Shown here one piece after another: positions 18,840-28,281 of a stretch of DNA of 64,000 nucleotides. The stretch's first letter is position 1; every line of letters begins with the position of its first letter. The stretch is from positions 98,881-162,880 of the IMG/VR virus record IMGVR_UViG_3300035698_022838; one strand, given 5' to 3'. The stretch comes from a virus. Position numbers and translations under genes: made by a program. The notes under the pieces are model-generated. The model was not told where the DNA came from. It was given only the letters and a program-made list of their open reading frames with translations, and did not search any database.

Positions 18840-21524
18840 CTATTCATATTTAATACCATTCTCTATACCATTAACAAAATCAACAGCCTCTTTAAATCCC
18901 TGATCCCCTGGCTTTATTCTTATAATACGATCACCTGGTTTTTTATCTCTATTCTTGATTATAACCCTTATTGGTTTATCATTCCTATCATATCTAATTT
19001 TAGCAGATGTTATTCTTTTCCAATCTTGAATTCCTAATTTTTTCTTTAAATCATCACTTGCGAATTCATCGAATACATTTACTCCACCTTCAACATCTTC
19101 ATCCTTAATTGTTAATGAATTCTTTCTTTCCTTTATTCTAACATCACCTTTTGTAGTTTTTATTGCTTCTCCTCCCTCGTCCGCATCATCTTCCCTTTCT
19201 ATTGGGTCAATTTCTACTCCATCCTCTTCATCAGGTCCAACAGGTTTTTTAACCCCGATTTCTATTAAACCATATCTAGGCTCATTTACAGGATCCATTG
19301 ATGTAACTTCTACCGAAACTGTAGCATCTTCCTGTGGATTTAAACTATCAACACCAACTTGGAAATATTTATAAGATCCAACTTTGCCACTTTTTTCTGA
19401 ATTTGCAAAAGATTTTTCCTTTACCATATATGCAATAACCACAGATTGTGGATAGTCAAGTTCTATTTGTGGTTCCAAATCATCTATGCGTTTAACATAT
19501 TCATTTGCCCATTCATTTTCACTTTTAAATTCTTTTTTCTCTTTACCTTCTTCTTTATCTTCTTCTTCTAAAATAGCATCATTAAAACTATTGAATGAAT
19601 GTAGTGACTTAGAAAATGCTACATCCGATTCATAACTCTCAACTAATTTTGTATTTCTGTCGACAGGAAATAATTCTGCAACATCCATAGCTTCTAATGA
19701 CTTTTGACCAATCAACGTACCACTTACATTTATATCATCCCCATTATCATTTTTATAGTGGAATTCGTATGTAGGTTTAGCACTTCCAGGTACTTTAAAT
19801 GGACTATCTGGTGCATTATTATATGCTTCTTTTATTTTCTCCCAGTCGCCATAACCAGCAAAACCAGTAGGATATGTGTATTCAACAATATCAGGAATTA
19901 GAATAGTTTCAAATTCTAAATCGTCATTATCTAAATATCCTCTTTCGAAAACATCTGAATTATTAAATGCTAACATTATAAGGTCATTGTCTTTGAGTAG
20001 TTTTTCGTAGGATTTTGAGTTTACATTAGCTAGTATGAAAATTGATTTTTCATCAAACTCACCAATCTTAACAAGACTCATAGTCGTTCTCGTATCATTA
20101 GAACCTATTAAACTTCCAAGTTCTTGTCCAAAATTAGAATTCTCGTCCATTGTCCAACAAACTGTAATTGGTTTTCCAGTTTCAATTTGTGCAGGATTGA
20201 ATTTCTTATACGCAAAATCTTTTACCTTAGTATACGTAGGTGCTTGGTTAGAACTAGCCCAATTAAAAATTCGTTGTACTCCACCAACAATTTCAATCGC
20301 AGCAGCAACTATCCAACCAACAGGATTCGAAGCAAGACCAACTCTTGCAAGAGTTTTAATAGCAACTTTACCTGCTCCTCTAGCAGCAATTTTAGTTATG
20401 AGTCTAGCAGTAGTCTTACCTATAACACCTTTAGTAGCACCAAGTTTAGTAAATGCTGTTCTAGCTGCACCTTGACCTAATTTCTTTCCGGTTTTAACAC
20501 TATACATAACGCCTCTTCTCATAAATGAGCCACCACTTTTTGCACTTGCTTTAGATACTACTACTTTTTTACCACCATTCTTAGCCCAATTTTTAAGTGC
20601 TGTCCATCCTGCTTTACCAGTTTTTCCTGCTTTACTTGTTCCAGCTGCTCCAGCTGTACTCGCTGCTTTACCAAATATTAAATTACCAACTTTTGGGAAC
20701 GTATGTCTAAATGTATTATATGCAAGTTTACCTTTGCCCCAATTATTATAAACACCGCCTACTGCTTTATACATTTTCCATACACTATACACACTAGCCG
20801 CACCCCATGCAACTGCCCATGTAGCACCAACACCAAGAATAGCAAGTCCTACATCTCGTGAATAATTATTAGTCTTCTCTATGAATGTACCTGGATCATC
20901 AATTTTACCTAATGGTATACTATGATCTAGATTAGCTAATATAACTGCTCCATTTTCATTAAGGGTTGTTATTCTAACTACTTGTCTAGCAGTTTCATTA
21001 GTATTACCTTCACCGTCAATTTGATCTATTATTACTCCATATGGTATATTTTTTTCAAGATCTTCTATATTAAGCACATCTTTTATTTCACCAGAATCTC
21101 TTAAAGCTTCTATTGCAAAACCAAGTTTTATGTATTTTTTAAGTGATTCTTTTGAACCACTAGTATTACCTTCAGCTTCTAATAATTTATGATATTTCTG
21201 AAACGATATGAATTTACCATCTTCAGTAAGATTAGTTAAATTTTCATTAATAATGCTACCTTTAACAGAATCTCTTGCTAGTAAACTCTCTAATAAACGC
21301 TCACTAGAAAAATCTTCATCATTTTCAACTGCCTCTGCTTGCCATTCTCTTGGGTTTTTCTCCAACCACTTATTCCAATCTTCTGAGTATGCCCACCATT
21401 GGAAATCATTAAAATCAGTTTCTTCACCCTTTCTATCTAATGGTAATGTCATTATGGGGAACATATTACTCTCACCTTTACTTGATGTTGTATATTTAAC
21501 ACCCTTTTTAAAAACTAAAATCAT
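18840..21524 (-). CDS. Large probable virion/ejection protein with hydrophobic helices
   Basis: 894 aa; hydrophobic VGLAILGVGATWAVAWGAA and NPVGWIVAAAIEIVGG flank a basic K/G/A region; LLE/INE/LVE/ILE sites. Confidence 0.6.
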   Translation of the reverse strand: MILVFKKGVKYTTSSKGESNMFPIMTLPLDRKGEETDFNDFQWWAYSEDWNKWLEKNPREWQAEAVENDEDFSSERLLESLLARDSVKGSIINENLTNLTEDGKFISFQKYHKLLEAEGNTSGSKESLKKYIKLGFAIEALRDSGEIKDVLNIEDLEKNIPYGVIIDQIDGEGNTNETARQVVRITTLNENGAVILANLDHSIPLGKIDDPGTFIEKTNNYSRDVGLAILGVGATWAVAWGAASVYSVWKMYKAVGGVYNNWGKGKLAYNTFRHTFPKVGNLIFGKAASTAGAAGTSKAGKTGKAGWTALKNWAKNGGKKVVVSKASAKSGGSFMRRGVMYSVKTGKKLGQGAARTAFTKLGATKGVIGKTTARLITKIAARGAGKVAIKTLARVGLASNPVGWIVAAAIEIVGGVQRIFNWASSNQAPTYTKVKDFAYKKFNPAQIETGKPITVCWTMDENSNFGQELGSLIGSNDTRTTMSLVKIGEFDEKSIFILANVNSKSYEKLLKDNDLIMLAFNNSDVFERGYLDNDDLEFETILIPDIVEYTYPTGFAGYGDWEKIKEAYNNAPDSPFKVPGSAKPTYEFHYKNDNGDDINVSGTLIGQKSLEAMDVAELFPVDRNTKLVESYESDVAFSKSLHSFNSFNDAILEEEDKEEGKEKKEFKSENEWANEYVKRIDDLEPQIELDYPQSVVIAYMVKEKSFANSEKSGKVGSYKYFQVGVDSLNPQEDATVSVEVTSMDPVNEPRYGLIEIGVKKPVGPDEEDGVEIDPIEREDDADEGGEAIKTTKGDVRIKERKNSLTIKDEDVEGGVNVFDEFASDDLKKKLGIQDWKRITSAKIRYDRNDKPIRVIIKNRDKKPGDRIIRIKPGDQGFKEAVDFVNGIENGIKYE

Positions 21525-21541
21525 ATTTTCTTTTTTATTAA

Positions 21542-22333
21542 TTATTCGGAATAAATCCTGGAATAAGCTTTAGAAGCTAAATCTATTAGCTTCTCTATAT
21601 ATCCTTCATTTCTGAGCTTTTTAAAGGCGAGATTACCAATAGAAAGTTCTCCTCCATCGGAAAGTCCTTCCTTTCTCATCTTCTGTATTTTCTCTTTGAG
21701 TTTCAGTAACCTATCATAAAGCTCTTTCGCATCTTTAGGTAGATCCGGAATTAATATAAGTTTAGATTCTAATTTGTTTAAATCAGAAACTATTCCCTCG
21801 AATTTTTTATTAACGTCCTGATCATCAATATCTGGTGGATTAAATTTAGGTTTTTTAATCCATTTATTTTCTTTTAGCGAATATAAACCAGATGCAACAT
21901 GAGGTTCTTTAGTATCTTGGATATAAAGTTCAACATCATGCCCTCTCATAACTATATCATGTCTTAGATTCCAAATAAATCTAACACCATCTACTGCTGC
22001 TTTTGTAACTTTCTTTGGTGCTTTTATTTTATTCAGGTCAATTAGTACATGTATATCTAAATCTGATTTAGACGTATATGTGTAATTAGCACTAGAGCCG
22101 GTTAATTGAATATCATCTATTGGGGTAGTACCAAGAATATCATCGAATTTCTCATAGAAATCCTTAGCTATTTTCAAAAGTTTCTTTCTAACTAATGAAT
22201 CGAAGACCCATTTTACTTCTCCATCCTTCTTTTTATACCTATCCCAAAATTTTGGATTAAGTTCGTCATTATAGAAGGATCCTATTTTCTTCTCGTTTAT
22301 AGAGAAATCTTTAAAGTCTTTTACTGTATTCAC
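21542..22333 (-). CDS. Nucleotidyltransferase (Pol beta superfamily)
   Basis: LTGSSANY...SDLDIH and a third acidic strand DVELY; GTG start; VKDFKDFSINE N-terminus. Confidence 0.8.
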   Translation of the reverse strand: MNTVKDFKDFSINEKKIGSFYNDELNPKFWDRYKKKDGEVKWVFDSLVRKKLLKIAKDFYEKFDDILGTTPIDDIQLTGSSANYTYTSKSDLDIHVLIDLNKIKAPKKVTKAAVDGVRFIWNLRHDIVMRGHDVELYIQDTKEPHVASGLYSLKENKWIKKPKFNPPDIDDQDVNKKFEGIVSDLNKLESKLILIPDLPKDAKELYDRLLKLKEKIQKMRKEGLSDGGELSIGNLAFKKLRNEGYIEKLIDLASKAYSRIYSE

Positions 22334-22336
22334 AAA

Positions 22337-22373
22337 AAAGGATTATTTGGTTTATATATCCAAATAATCCTTT
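22337..22373 (-). terminator. 14-bp hairpin/terminator with the late promoter in its loop
   Basis: aaaggattatttgg-tttatatat-ccaaataatccttt; U-tract runs into the GTG start. Confidence 0.8.
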
Positions 22374-22396
22374 GAGTTATTCTTATGCTCTATTAT

Positions 22397-22741
22397 TTAT
22401 GGTGGTCCTGTAGGAAATAGTGGTTGTCGATATTTATACGTCAGATCACATTTCTTACATGCAACCTTTCCATCTGTGATAATTCCAGAGTGGAACCATT
22501 TACAATACTCTAGTTTTATATAATTAAGGAATTTAGAAATTGAGGAAGAAATAGTAAATCTAACATACCTATATTTCCAATATTTTATGACGAACCATGA
22601 GGTTGGGCTTATTAAACCAGGAATATTTAAGCCATATTTAATTCCACCATTTCCCCAATCCTTACAATAACTGCACCTACATACTATCCAATCATCACCC
22701 CATGTTGATCTACCTTTTATATGAACATCATGCAATATCAT
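22397..22741 (-). CDS. Hypothetical Cys/Trp-rich protein
   Basis: 114 aa, two CxxC pairs, start abuts the upstream stop. Confidence 0.5.
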   Translation of the reverse strand: MILHDVHIKGRSTWGDDWIVCRCSYCKDWGNGGIKYGLNIPGLISPTSWFVIKYWKYRYVRFTISSSISKFLNYIKLEYCKWFHSGIITDGKVACKKCDLTYKYRQPLFPTGPP

Positions 22742-22977
22742 TACTTTACAAAATGTGGTTTATTATCAAATACTTCCCACCATAAATGTCTCCAACCTGG
22801 TTGGATATAATGGCTTCTTTCAGCTTTATTTAATATTCGATGTCCTCCACTTTTACTCACATGTAAATGTGTTGGTTCTTTGATTGTAATAGTCTCACCA
22901 TCCGGATATTTATAAGTTCTATATCTTTCGCTACTAATATCAGTAAATTCTAATCCGCTTTCGTTTCTTAATTCCAT
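22741..22977 (-). CDS. Small hypothetical phage protein
   Basis: 78-aa ORF within the operon. Confidence 0.65.
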   Translation of the reverse strand: MELRNESGLEFTDISSERYRTYKYPDGETITIKEPTHLHVSKSGGHRILNKAERSHYIQPGWRHLWWEVFDNKPHFVK

Positions 22978-22979
22978 AT

Positions 22980-23144
22980 TTATGTTGTTTTTAGATCGTT
23001 TACAATTTCACTTAAAAGCATATAATACATATTTCCCATAGTCATTGCATCATCATTTCCCTCCATCTGCGACTCTAATCCAAGTTTCAACTCTTCAAAA
23101 CCCTTTAGCTTTTCTTTGTATTTTTCTAATAGTAGATTTTCCAT
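22980..23144 (-). CDS. 54-aa hypothetical protein (MENLLLEKYKEKLKGFEELKLG...DLKTT), not in the ORF track
   Basis: Fills the gap exactly; ATG overlaps the upstream TAA. Confidence 0.7.
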   Translation of the reverse strand: MENLLLEKYKEKLKGFEELKLGLESQMEGNDDAMTMGNMYYMLLSEIVNDLKTT

Positions 23145-23851
23145 TATCTAGCTGTTAATATCAAAATGTCAACTACTGCTTTTACATCTCTTTCACAATA
23201 ATCCTTAATTTGTTCGATTTTTCCTTCAACCCAATAAGCTTCACTTACCATAGATCCATCCATATCTTCCTTTGGCGACTGTATACCTAGTGAACATGCT
23301 AAAAGATCTAAGCTTAAATATTTCTGTTGACTCCAACTACCAAAAGCAAAAACTTCAGATGTATCGATATATGCAATCTCCCAAGGTTTTTTACCGAATA
23401 CCATCAAGTTAGTAGGTACGGTATGTGATGATTTGGACGTGTAAATTATTCTCTTAGCTATACAAGGTACATCAAAACCTTTAACATTATGTCCAGTGAT
23501 CTTTAAACCTTTATCTGCGGCATTCTGTAATACCTTAGCAGTATTCATTAAAATCTCTTCCTCGTTAGCACCATAGAAAGATGTTATTCTAGCACTCTCG
23601 TCATGCCATATACCAATTGAAACACACACTATTCTAGCAAATTCTGGTTCTAAGCTTGCTTTCTCTTTATAGATTTCAGCATTTGTAGCAGTAGAAAATT
23701 CAGGATATGCTCCTTTATAATACTTACATCTACGATCCCACATTTTGGCTAAACGGGAATTTTCTTTTTCCATTGTTTCGTAATCTGGATAACCTGTTGC
23801 GGTTTCAACATCCAAAAACAAACACTTGTCTAATTGACTCTTGTCTATCAT
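23144..23851 (-). CDS. PolB-like DEDD 3'-5' exonuclease
   Basis: LDVET, HNVKGFD, YCERD motifs. Confidence 0.85.
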   Translation of the reverse strand: MIDKSQLDKCLFLDVETATGYPDYETMEKENSRLAKMWDRRCKYYKGAYPEFSTATNAEIYKEKASLEPEFARIVCVSIGIWHDESARITSFYGANEEEILMNTAKVLQNAADKGLKITGHNVKGFDVPCIAKRIIYTSKSSHTVPTNLMVFGKKPWEIAYIDTSEVFAFGSWSQQKYLSLDLLACSLGIQSPKEDMDGSMVSEAYWVEGKIEQIKDYCERDVKAVVDILILTAR

Positions 23852-24729
23852 TATTTTTTAAGTTTTTTATTTATAACTATTGGCTTTAGTGACATAGCCT
23901 CTGATCTGTATTTAATACATGCTTTTTCTTCAACCGGTGAATCTAACAAAACATCCATCTTAAGGCCAAAAGTTGGTATGCGTCTTGTTAGATAGTCTGT
24001 TGTTTTAGTACTGAGTATTTTTCCGCCCTCGTCAATATCATCTGATTCACTATGTATGAATAATGGATTACTATCAAACCACGTAGAGCAACTTAAGAAT
24101 AAAGCTTCTCTGATGGATAAACCACCACTATTGAATCCATGGGCTAGAAATCTAAAACATATTGGTATATTAGTTCTGTAATAAATACCAGACATTAAAT
24201 CAGTTACTGAAAAAAGACTTGGTTTGTCATCATTACAAACGATTAGTAACTTTTGGATGAATTTAGGAAGTAATTCAACTTCATCACAGAATCTACTCAT
24301 GGTTTTCTTACGTGCGCCGTACGCGCTCCCGATGCGAATTATTATAGAGGGTTCTTCCACACCAATAGCTTCTAGAAATCCACCCATTAATGTAAGAGTG
24401 GTTTTGGTTGTACCCAAACTTTCTGGTAATTGACTGCCAAGAAAATAAAAAGCTGGTAAATAGAAAACAATTCTATTCCCCTTTCTAATTCTTTGAGTGA
24501 TATTATTTAACAATTCACTATACTCATCATCCTCTTCAACTATAGATACATCAGGAAATGTGATATTTATTGGAAAATTAAAACAAGAAACCTTTAAACC
24601 ATTTTTATGGTCTAGGTCAAGTCTTTTGTCTATTATGGTAAGAAATTCTGCTAGAGAATTAATCGGAGGGATCTTAAATAGATCTCTATTAATACATCCT
24701 AAATTATTGCTATCTCTACTTAATATCAT
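23851..24729 (-). CDS. UV-damage endonuclease (UvsE/UVDE)-like protein, apparently degenerate
   Basis: LGCIN start, IGSAYG, NDDKPSLFSVTDL, TW..PLFIHSES, DY; metal ligands altered. Confidence 0.65.
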   Translation of the reverse strand: MILSRDSNNLGCINRDLFKIPPINSLAEFLTIIDKRLDLDHKNGLKVSCFNFPINITFPDVSIVEEDDEYSELLNNITQRIRKGNRIVFYLPAFYFLGSQLPESLGTTKTTLTLMGGFLEAIGVEEPSIIIRIGSAYGARKKTMSRFCDEVELLPKFIQKLLIVCNDDKPSLFSVTDLMSGIYYRTNIPICFRFLAHGFNSGGLSIREALFLSCSTWFDSNPLFIHSESDDIDEGGKILSTKTTDYLTRRIPTFGLKMDVLLDSPVEEKACIKYRSEAMSLKPIVINKKLKK

Positions 24730-24762
24730 TAATGATTTTAGTAGATAATAGATAGAAAGTTT

Positions 24763-25245
24763 CTAACTTCCTACACCTTCTTGACCTAAAGATGTATTAT
24801 TATATACCGTTGGTGAATTATATACTCCACCAGGCAATTCATTGAACTTAAATTGTGAAATTATTTCTTGATGTCCCTTATCTCCCTTATCAACAAATTC
24901 TATGCTATTTGCTTTTAATTCAATTACTTCCTCTTTATCAGCTTTCTTTGAACTTACTTGGACAAAGTATTTATATGATTTACCATCAGTATTTTTAGCT
25001 CTTCTAACTATCATACCAGCAACCTTTTTATCTGAGTCCATAGGTTCACCTATAACAATATCACCAATCTGGTATTGTGAACCACTATTGGTTCTTTTTA
25101 CATTTGGATCTGGTCCAACTGAAGTTCCTAGGTCTTTATATGGCTTATATTGGATTTTAAATATACCATTTGCTCCACCATACCCGTAGGTATCGCCAAA
25201 AGTACCAGCATCGAAAAATTCATTTATATGTTTAATGTGTTTCAC
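24763..25245 (-). CDS. Late protein with an SH3/KOW-like domain, probable capsid-internal protein
   Basis: MKHIKHINEF; YQIGDIV; GATAAATA at 25265-25272. Confidence 0.65.
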   Translation of the reverse strand: MKHIKHINEFFDAGTFGDTYGYGGANGIFKIQYKPYKDLGTSVGPDPNVKRTNSGSQYQIGDIVIGEPMDSDKKVAGMIVRRAKNTDGKSYKYFVQVSSKKADKEEVIELKANSIEFVDKGDKGHQEIISQFKFNELPGGVYNSPTVYNNTSLGQEGVGS

Positions 25246-25276
25246 AGAATAGTTTTCTTTTATCTATTTATCTAAT

Positions 25277-25798
25277 TTATTCCTCAATATTTGAGAGTTT
25301 TAGAATATCTCTTATTTTAGAGGCTATTTCATAGTCTTCTTTACCAAGAGCTTTTTCTAACATACATCTTAAAACTGTGACTTCTGATCCTTCATTGGTT
25401 TCTTCTGGAAGAGGTTCTGCATTTATACTTGCGGCCATTCTTTGTGGTGCATAAATAACCTCTATACGAGATTCCATGCGAATATCTTCATCATTATATT
25501 CAGAATCAGTACCATCATCTAACCCAAGATCCCAATCTTGATTAAACCAAAATATCATCCATTGACCATAAACAAGTCTAGGCACATCATTATTAATAGC
25601 AAATTGGAGTAATATCTTAAGTTCATTCCTAACATCAGCTTTTGTTAACTTCTTGCTAAAAATCTTTCTTTTTAACCCTGGTATGGTCTCACTACCTTCA
25701 CCAATACCAAATTTAAACGTTTTGTGTATTTCGTAGATTGAGTTCCAATCTAAATTGCGGAGTACTTTTGTTATAAGCTTCTGAAAACCCTTTCTCAT
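25277..25798 (-). CDS. Hypothetical protein with a C-terminal UVR (UvrB/UvrC) motif
   Basis: LEKALGKEDYEIASKIRDIL; late motif at 25821-25828. Confidence 0.7.
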   Translation of the reverse strand: MRKGFQKLITKVLRNLDWNSIYEIHKTFKFGIGEGSETIPGLKRKIFSKKLTKADVRNELKILLQFAINNDVPRLVYGQWMIFWFNQDWDLGLDDGTDSEYNDEDIRMESRIEVIYAPQRMAASINAEPLPEETNEGSEVTVLRCMLEKALGKEDYEIASKIRDILKLSNIEE

Positions 25799-25830
25799 GT
25801 ATTTGATATATGTTGTGGTCTATATATCTA

Positions 25831-26268
25831 TTACTTTGATATGGATCGTAACTGTTCACCGATGGATTTTATCCACTTTTGATATTCTTTAGGGTAGAAA
25901 GTTTTTAGCTCATTCATTTCACGTTTAGATACCTCAAACCTTTCACATATAAACCTTTCAGTTGCTTCGTCTGGTGTATTTACTTTAGTCTTACCTTTAG
26001 TTTTGCTTTTGAGTGTTTTAGTGAATACCCAACCAGGTGTTCTTTGATATCCTTGTTTTTGTACCATAGGACTTAGGGCACTATGCCACCAATCAATTAC
26101 AGGTCTGGGAGTAATTTTTAAATGATTGAATTGATTTGCTTGTAGTGGATATTGGATAGACATGATTCTATTAATCATAAAGAAATTACGAGTCTTATCA
26201 TATTTAGATACCTTATTCCATTCCTTATCGGATTTGAATATTTGTTTTATTACGTCGAAAAGTTCCAT
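25831..26268 (-). CDS. Clamp loader small subunit (T4 gp62-like)
   Basis: Likely start MELFD at 26268; FFMINRIMS motif; near gp44. Confidence 0.55.
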   Translation of the reverse strand: MELFDVIKQIFKSDKEWNKVSKYDKTRNFFMINRIMSIQYPLQANQFNHLKITPRPVIDWWHSALSPMVQKQGYQRTPGWVFTKTLKSKTKGKTKVNTPDEATERFICERFEVSKREMNELKTFYPKEYQKWIKSIGEQLRSISK

Positions 26269-26269
26269 A

Positions 26270-27406
26270 TTAAAAATTCTTAAATGGGTCAAATTGTTTA
26301 GGTGTTGCAACATTACCTGATGTCCAAGGTGTATTTTCTATAATCTTAAACCTATCTAATGTTACTACTCTATCTTCTTTAGAAAGCCCTCTTTTTAGTT
26401 CCTCTATCACGTCATCTATTACCCATCTAGGTATCACAGTTTTGTCTAACCACATTAATGTATAATTACGTAATAAATTTTGTATTAGTTTTTCTCTATT
26501 TTCAGTGCTGTCAATTGCTTTCAATACTCTTAGTGAAACCCCAGAAACCCACTTTAGAAACTCGTCATTCTTTATTAATTCAATAAAATCAACATCTCGC
26601 CAATCAGAATTATCCATAGCTTCCATGACTTTATCAGATTTTGATGGAGTCATTCTAGTAACTTTTTCCTTTTCTTTTATTACCTCAACAGATTCCCAAA
26701 CACTAGGTACAGTATCCCCTTTATCCCCAAGTAGCATTTTCTCAAATATAAACGTTCGGTGATTAACTTCTTGTATAGTAAGATTATTTGAGAATTTTTT
26801 TAACTTCTCTCTGTCAAGATCCATTACATCACCCATATTAAAAACACTAGCAACACTAGATTTATTAAGATATCTTTTCTCCCAATCCTTAGGTACAGTT
26901 AATAAATTATTTTTAGAATTATTACTCCATACAACTGTCCAATTATCACCCTTCCATTTTGCTAACTGGTGTAAATCTCTATCACCAGTTATAATTATAC
27001 AATCTTCACCTTTACTATTAAAGTAATCTGCCCAGAAATATAATAGATCATCACCCTCTGCACCATTTACTTTTGAATGTATGAATCCCATCGTTTCTAG
27101 GTGTTCAGTATATGACGAAAGTAAACTATAAAAGATCGACCAATCTCCTGTACGCTCACCGCTTTTATATCCGCCTTCTTCTATTTCAACATCCTTTCTC
27201 CAACTTTTGCTATCTGAGGTAAATATTGATCTTCCTCCTGTTGGTAATTTCTTAAGTGCAGCACATAAATCGGTGCTTATCTTTTGTATAAACAGTGATT
27301 GATCACCAGTAGTTTCCAACACCTCTGCTGGGTCTTTTCCATAGCCACCAAATACTCCAAAGGTCTTGTGAAAAATATAGTTCCCATCGCTGCACACATT
27401 TATCAT
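26270..27406 (-). CDS. rnh: 5'-3' exonuclease / T4 RNase H
   Basis: DGN, DSKSWRK, YK, EGDD, TGDRDLHQL, GDKGDTVP; likely start 27406. Confidence 0.85.
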   Translation of the reverse strand: MINVCSDGNYIFHKTFGVFGGYGKDPAEVLETTGDQSLFIQKISTDLCAALKKLPTGGRSIFTSDSKSWRKDVEIEEGGYKSGERTGDWSIFYSLLSSYTEHLETMGFIHSKVNGAEGDDLLYFWADYFNSKGEDCIIITGDRDLHQLAKWKGDNWTVVWSNNSKNNLLTVPKDWEKRYLNKSSVASVFNMGDVMDLDREKLKKFSNNLTIQEVNHRTFIFEKMLLGDKGDTVPSVWESVEVIKEKEKVTRMTPSKSDKVMEAMDNSDWRDVDFIELIKNDEFLKWVSGVSLRVLKAIDSTENREKLIQNLLRNYTLMWLDKTVIPRWVIDDVIEELKRGLSKEDRVVTLDRFKIIENTPWTSGNVATPKQFDPFKNF

Positions 27407-27473
27407 AATTTTAAGTTTTATCTCTTTGCAATTATTTATTCCACTATTATTCCTTCCAATTTTTATTAATCGT

Positions 27474-27983
27474 TTACTGTAAATAAATTTCACCACCAAA
27501 TAAAGAAGCAAGTTTTACAATCTTCACATCAAGTTCTTCTAATCCCTCTGCATTAGGAATTACAAAATCTGAATACTCCCAAATGTTTATATCAAAACTA
27601 TCTTCCGGTTCTAATGGTTTTCTATAATCATACACACCAATAATTAAATCAAATATCTTTTGATCTTTACATGCATTTATTTCCCTACCAGACCGCATAC
27701 CAACATACATATCGTTAATTTGCACCATTTCCTTAGCTAATCTAGCACCATCATCTTTGTTATATTCACAAATCATATCATGCCATTCAGCTCTATGGTT
27801 TGACCTATCCTCGTAGCATTCCTCAAATGATCCATAACCATAAACATGTTTCAATCTATTATAAATAAATATCCCTGCACATGCCATTGAACTTGAATTA
27901 AACGACAAACCATAATGTTTGCTTATCATTTCAGCTACTGTATCTTTACCATGTCTCCCATGACCTAAAATTAAAATTTTCAT
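27474..27983 (-). CDS. Deoxynucleoside monophosphate kinase-like protein
   Basis: GHGRHGKDT P-loop, GMR..RE. Confidence 0.7.
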   Translation of the reverse strand: MKILILGHGRHGKDTVAEMISKHYGLSFNSSSMACAGIFIYNRLKHVYGYGSFEECYEDRSNHRAEWHDMICEYNKDDGARLAKEMVQINDMYVGMRSGREINACKDQKIFDLIIGVYDYRKPLEPEDSFDINIWEYSDFVIPNAEGLEELDVKIVKLASLFGGEIYLQ

Positions 27984-27984
27984 A

Positions 27985-28281
27985 TTATTCAGGGTTTAAT
28001 TGGGTTTCTTCAATCTCATCAAATCTTTCTTTTGCTTTTTCGAATGAGTGCATAGACCAAGCCCATTTACCAAAGTCCTCGTTACCTGGAAATATTTCTC
28101 TTTCGTTCAATTGAATACCAAAAAGAACTTTTGGTTTGTCAATTTTTCTTTTGAAAACCTCCCATGCCCATGTACGTCCATCCTCTTTATCTGTCTGCTC
28201 ATAAATCATTGCTTTTTCCCCTCTTAAAGCAAGTTTATACAAAAATCCATTTTTGCTAATTTCTTTTTCGAGTAATTCCAT
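27985..28281 (-). CDS. Hypothetical phage protein
   Basis: 98 aa, translationally coupled. Confidence 0.65.
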   Translation of the reverse strand: MELLEKEISKNGFLYKLALRGEKAMIYEQTDKEDGRTWAWEVFKRKIDKPKVLFGIQLNEREIFPGNEDFGKWAWSMHSFEKAKERFDEIEETQLNPE

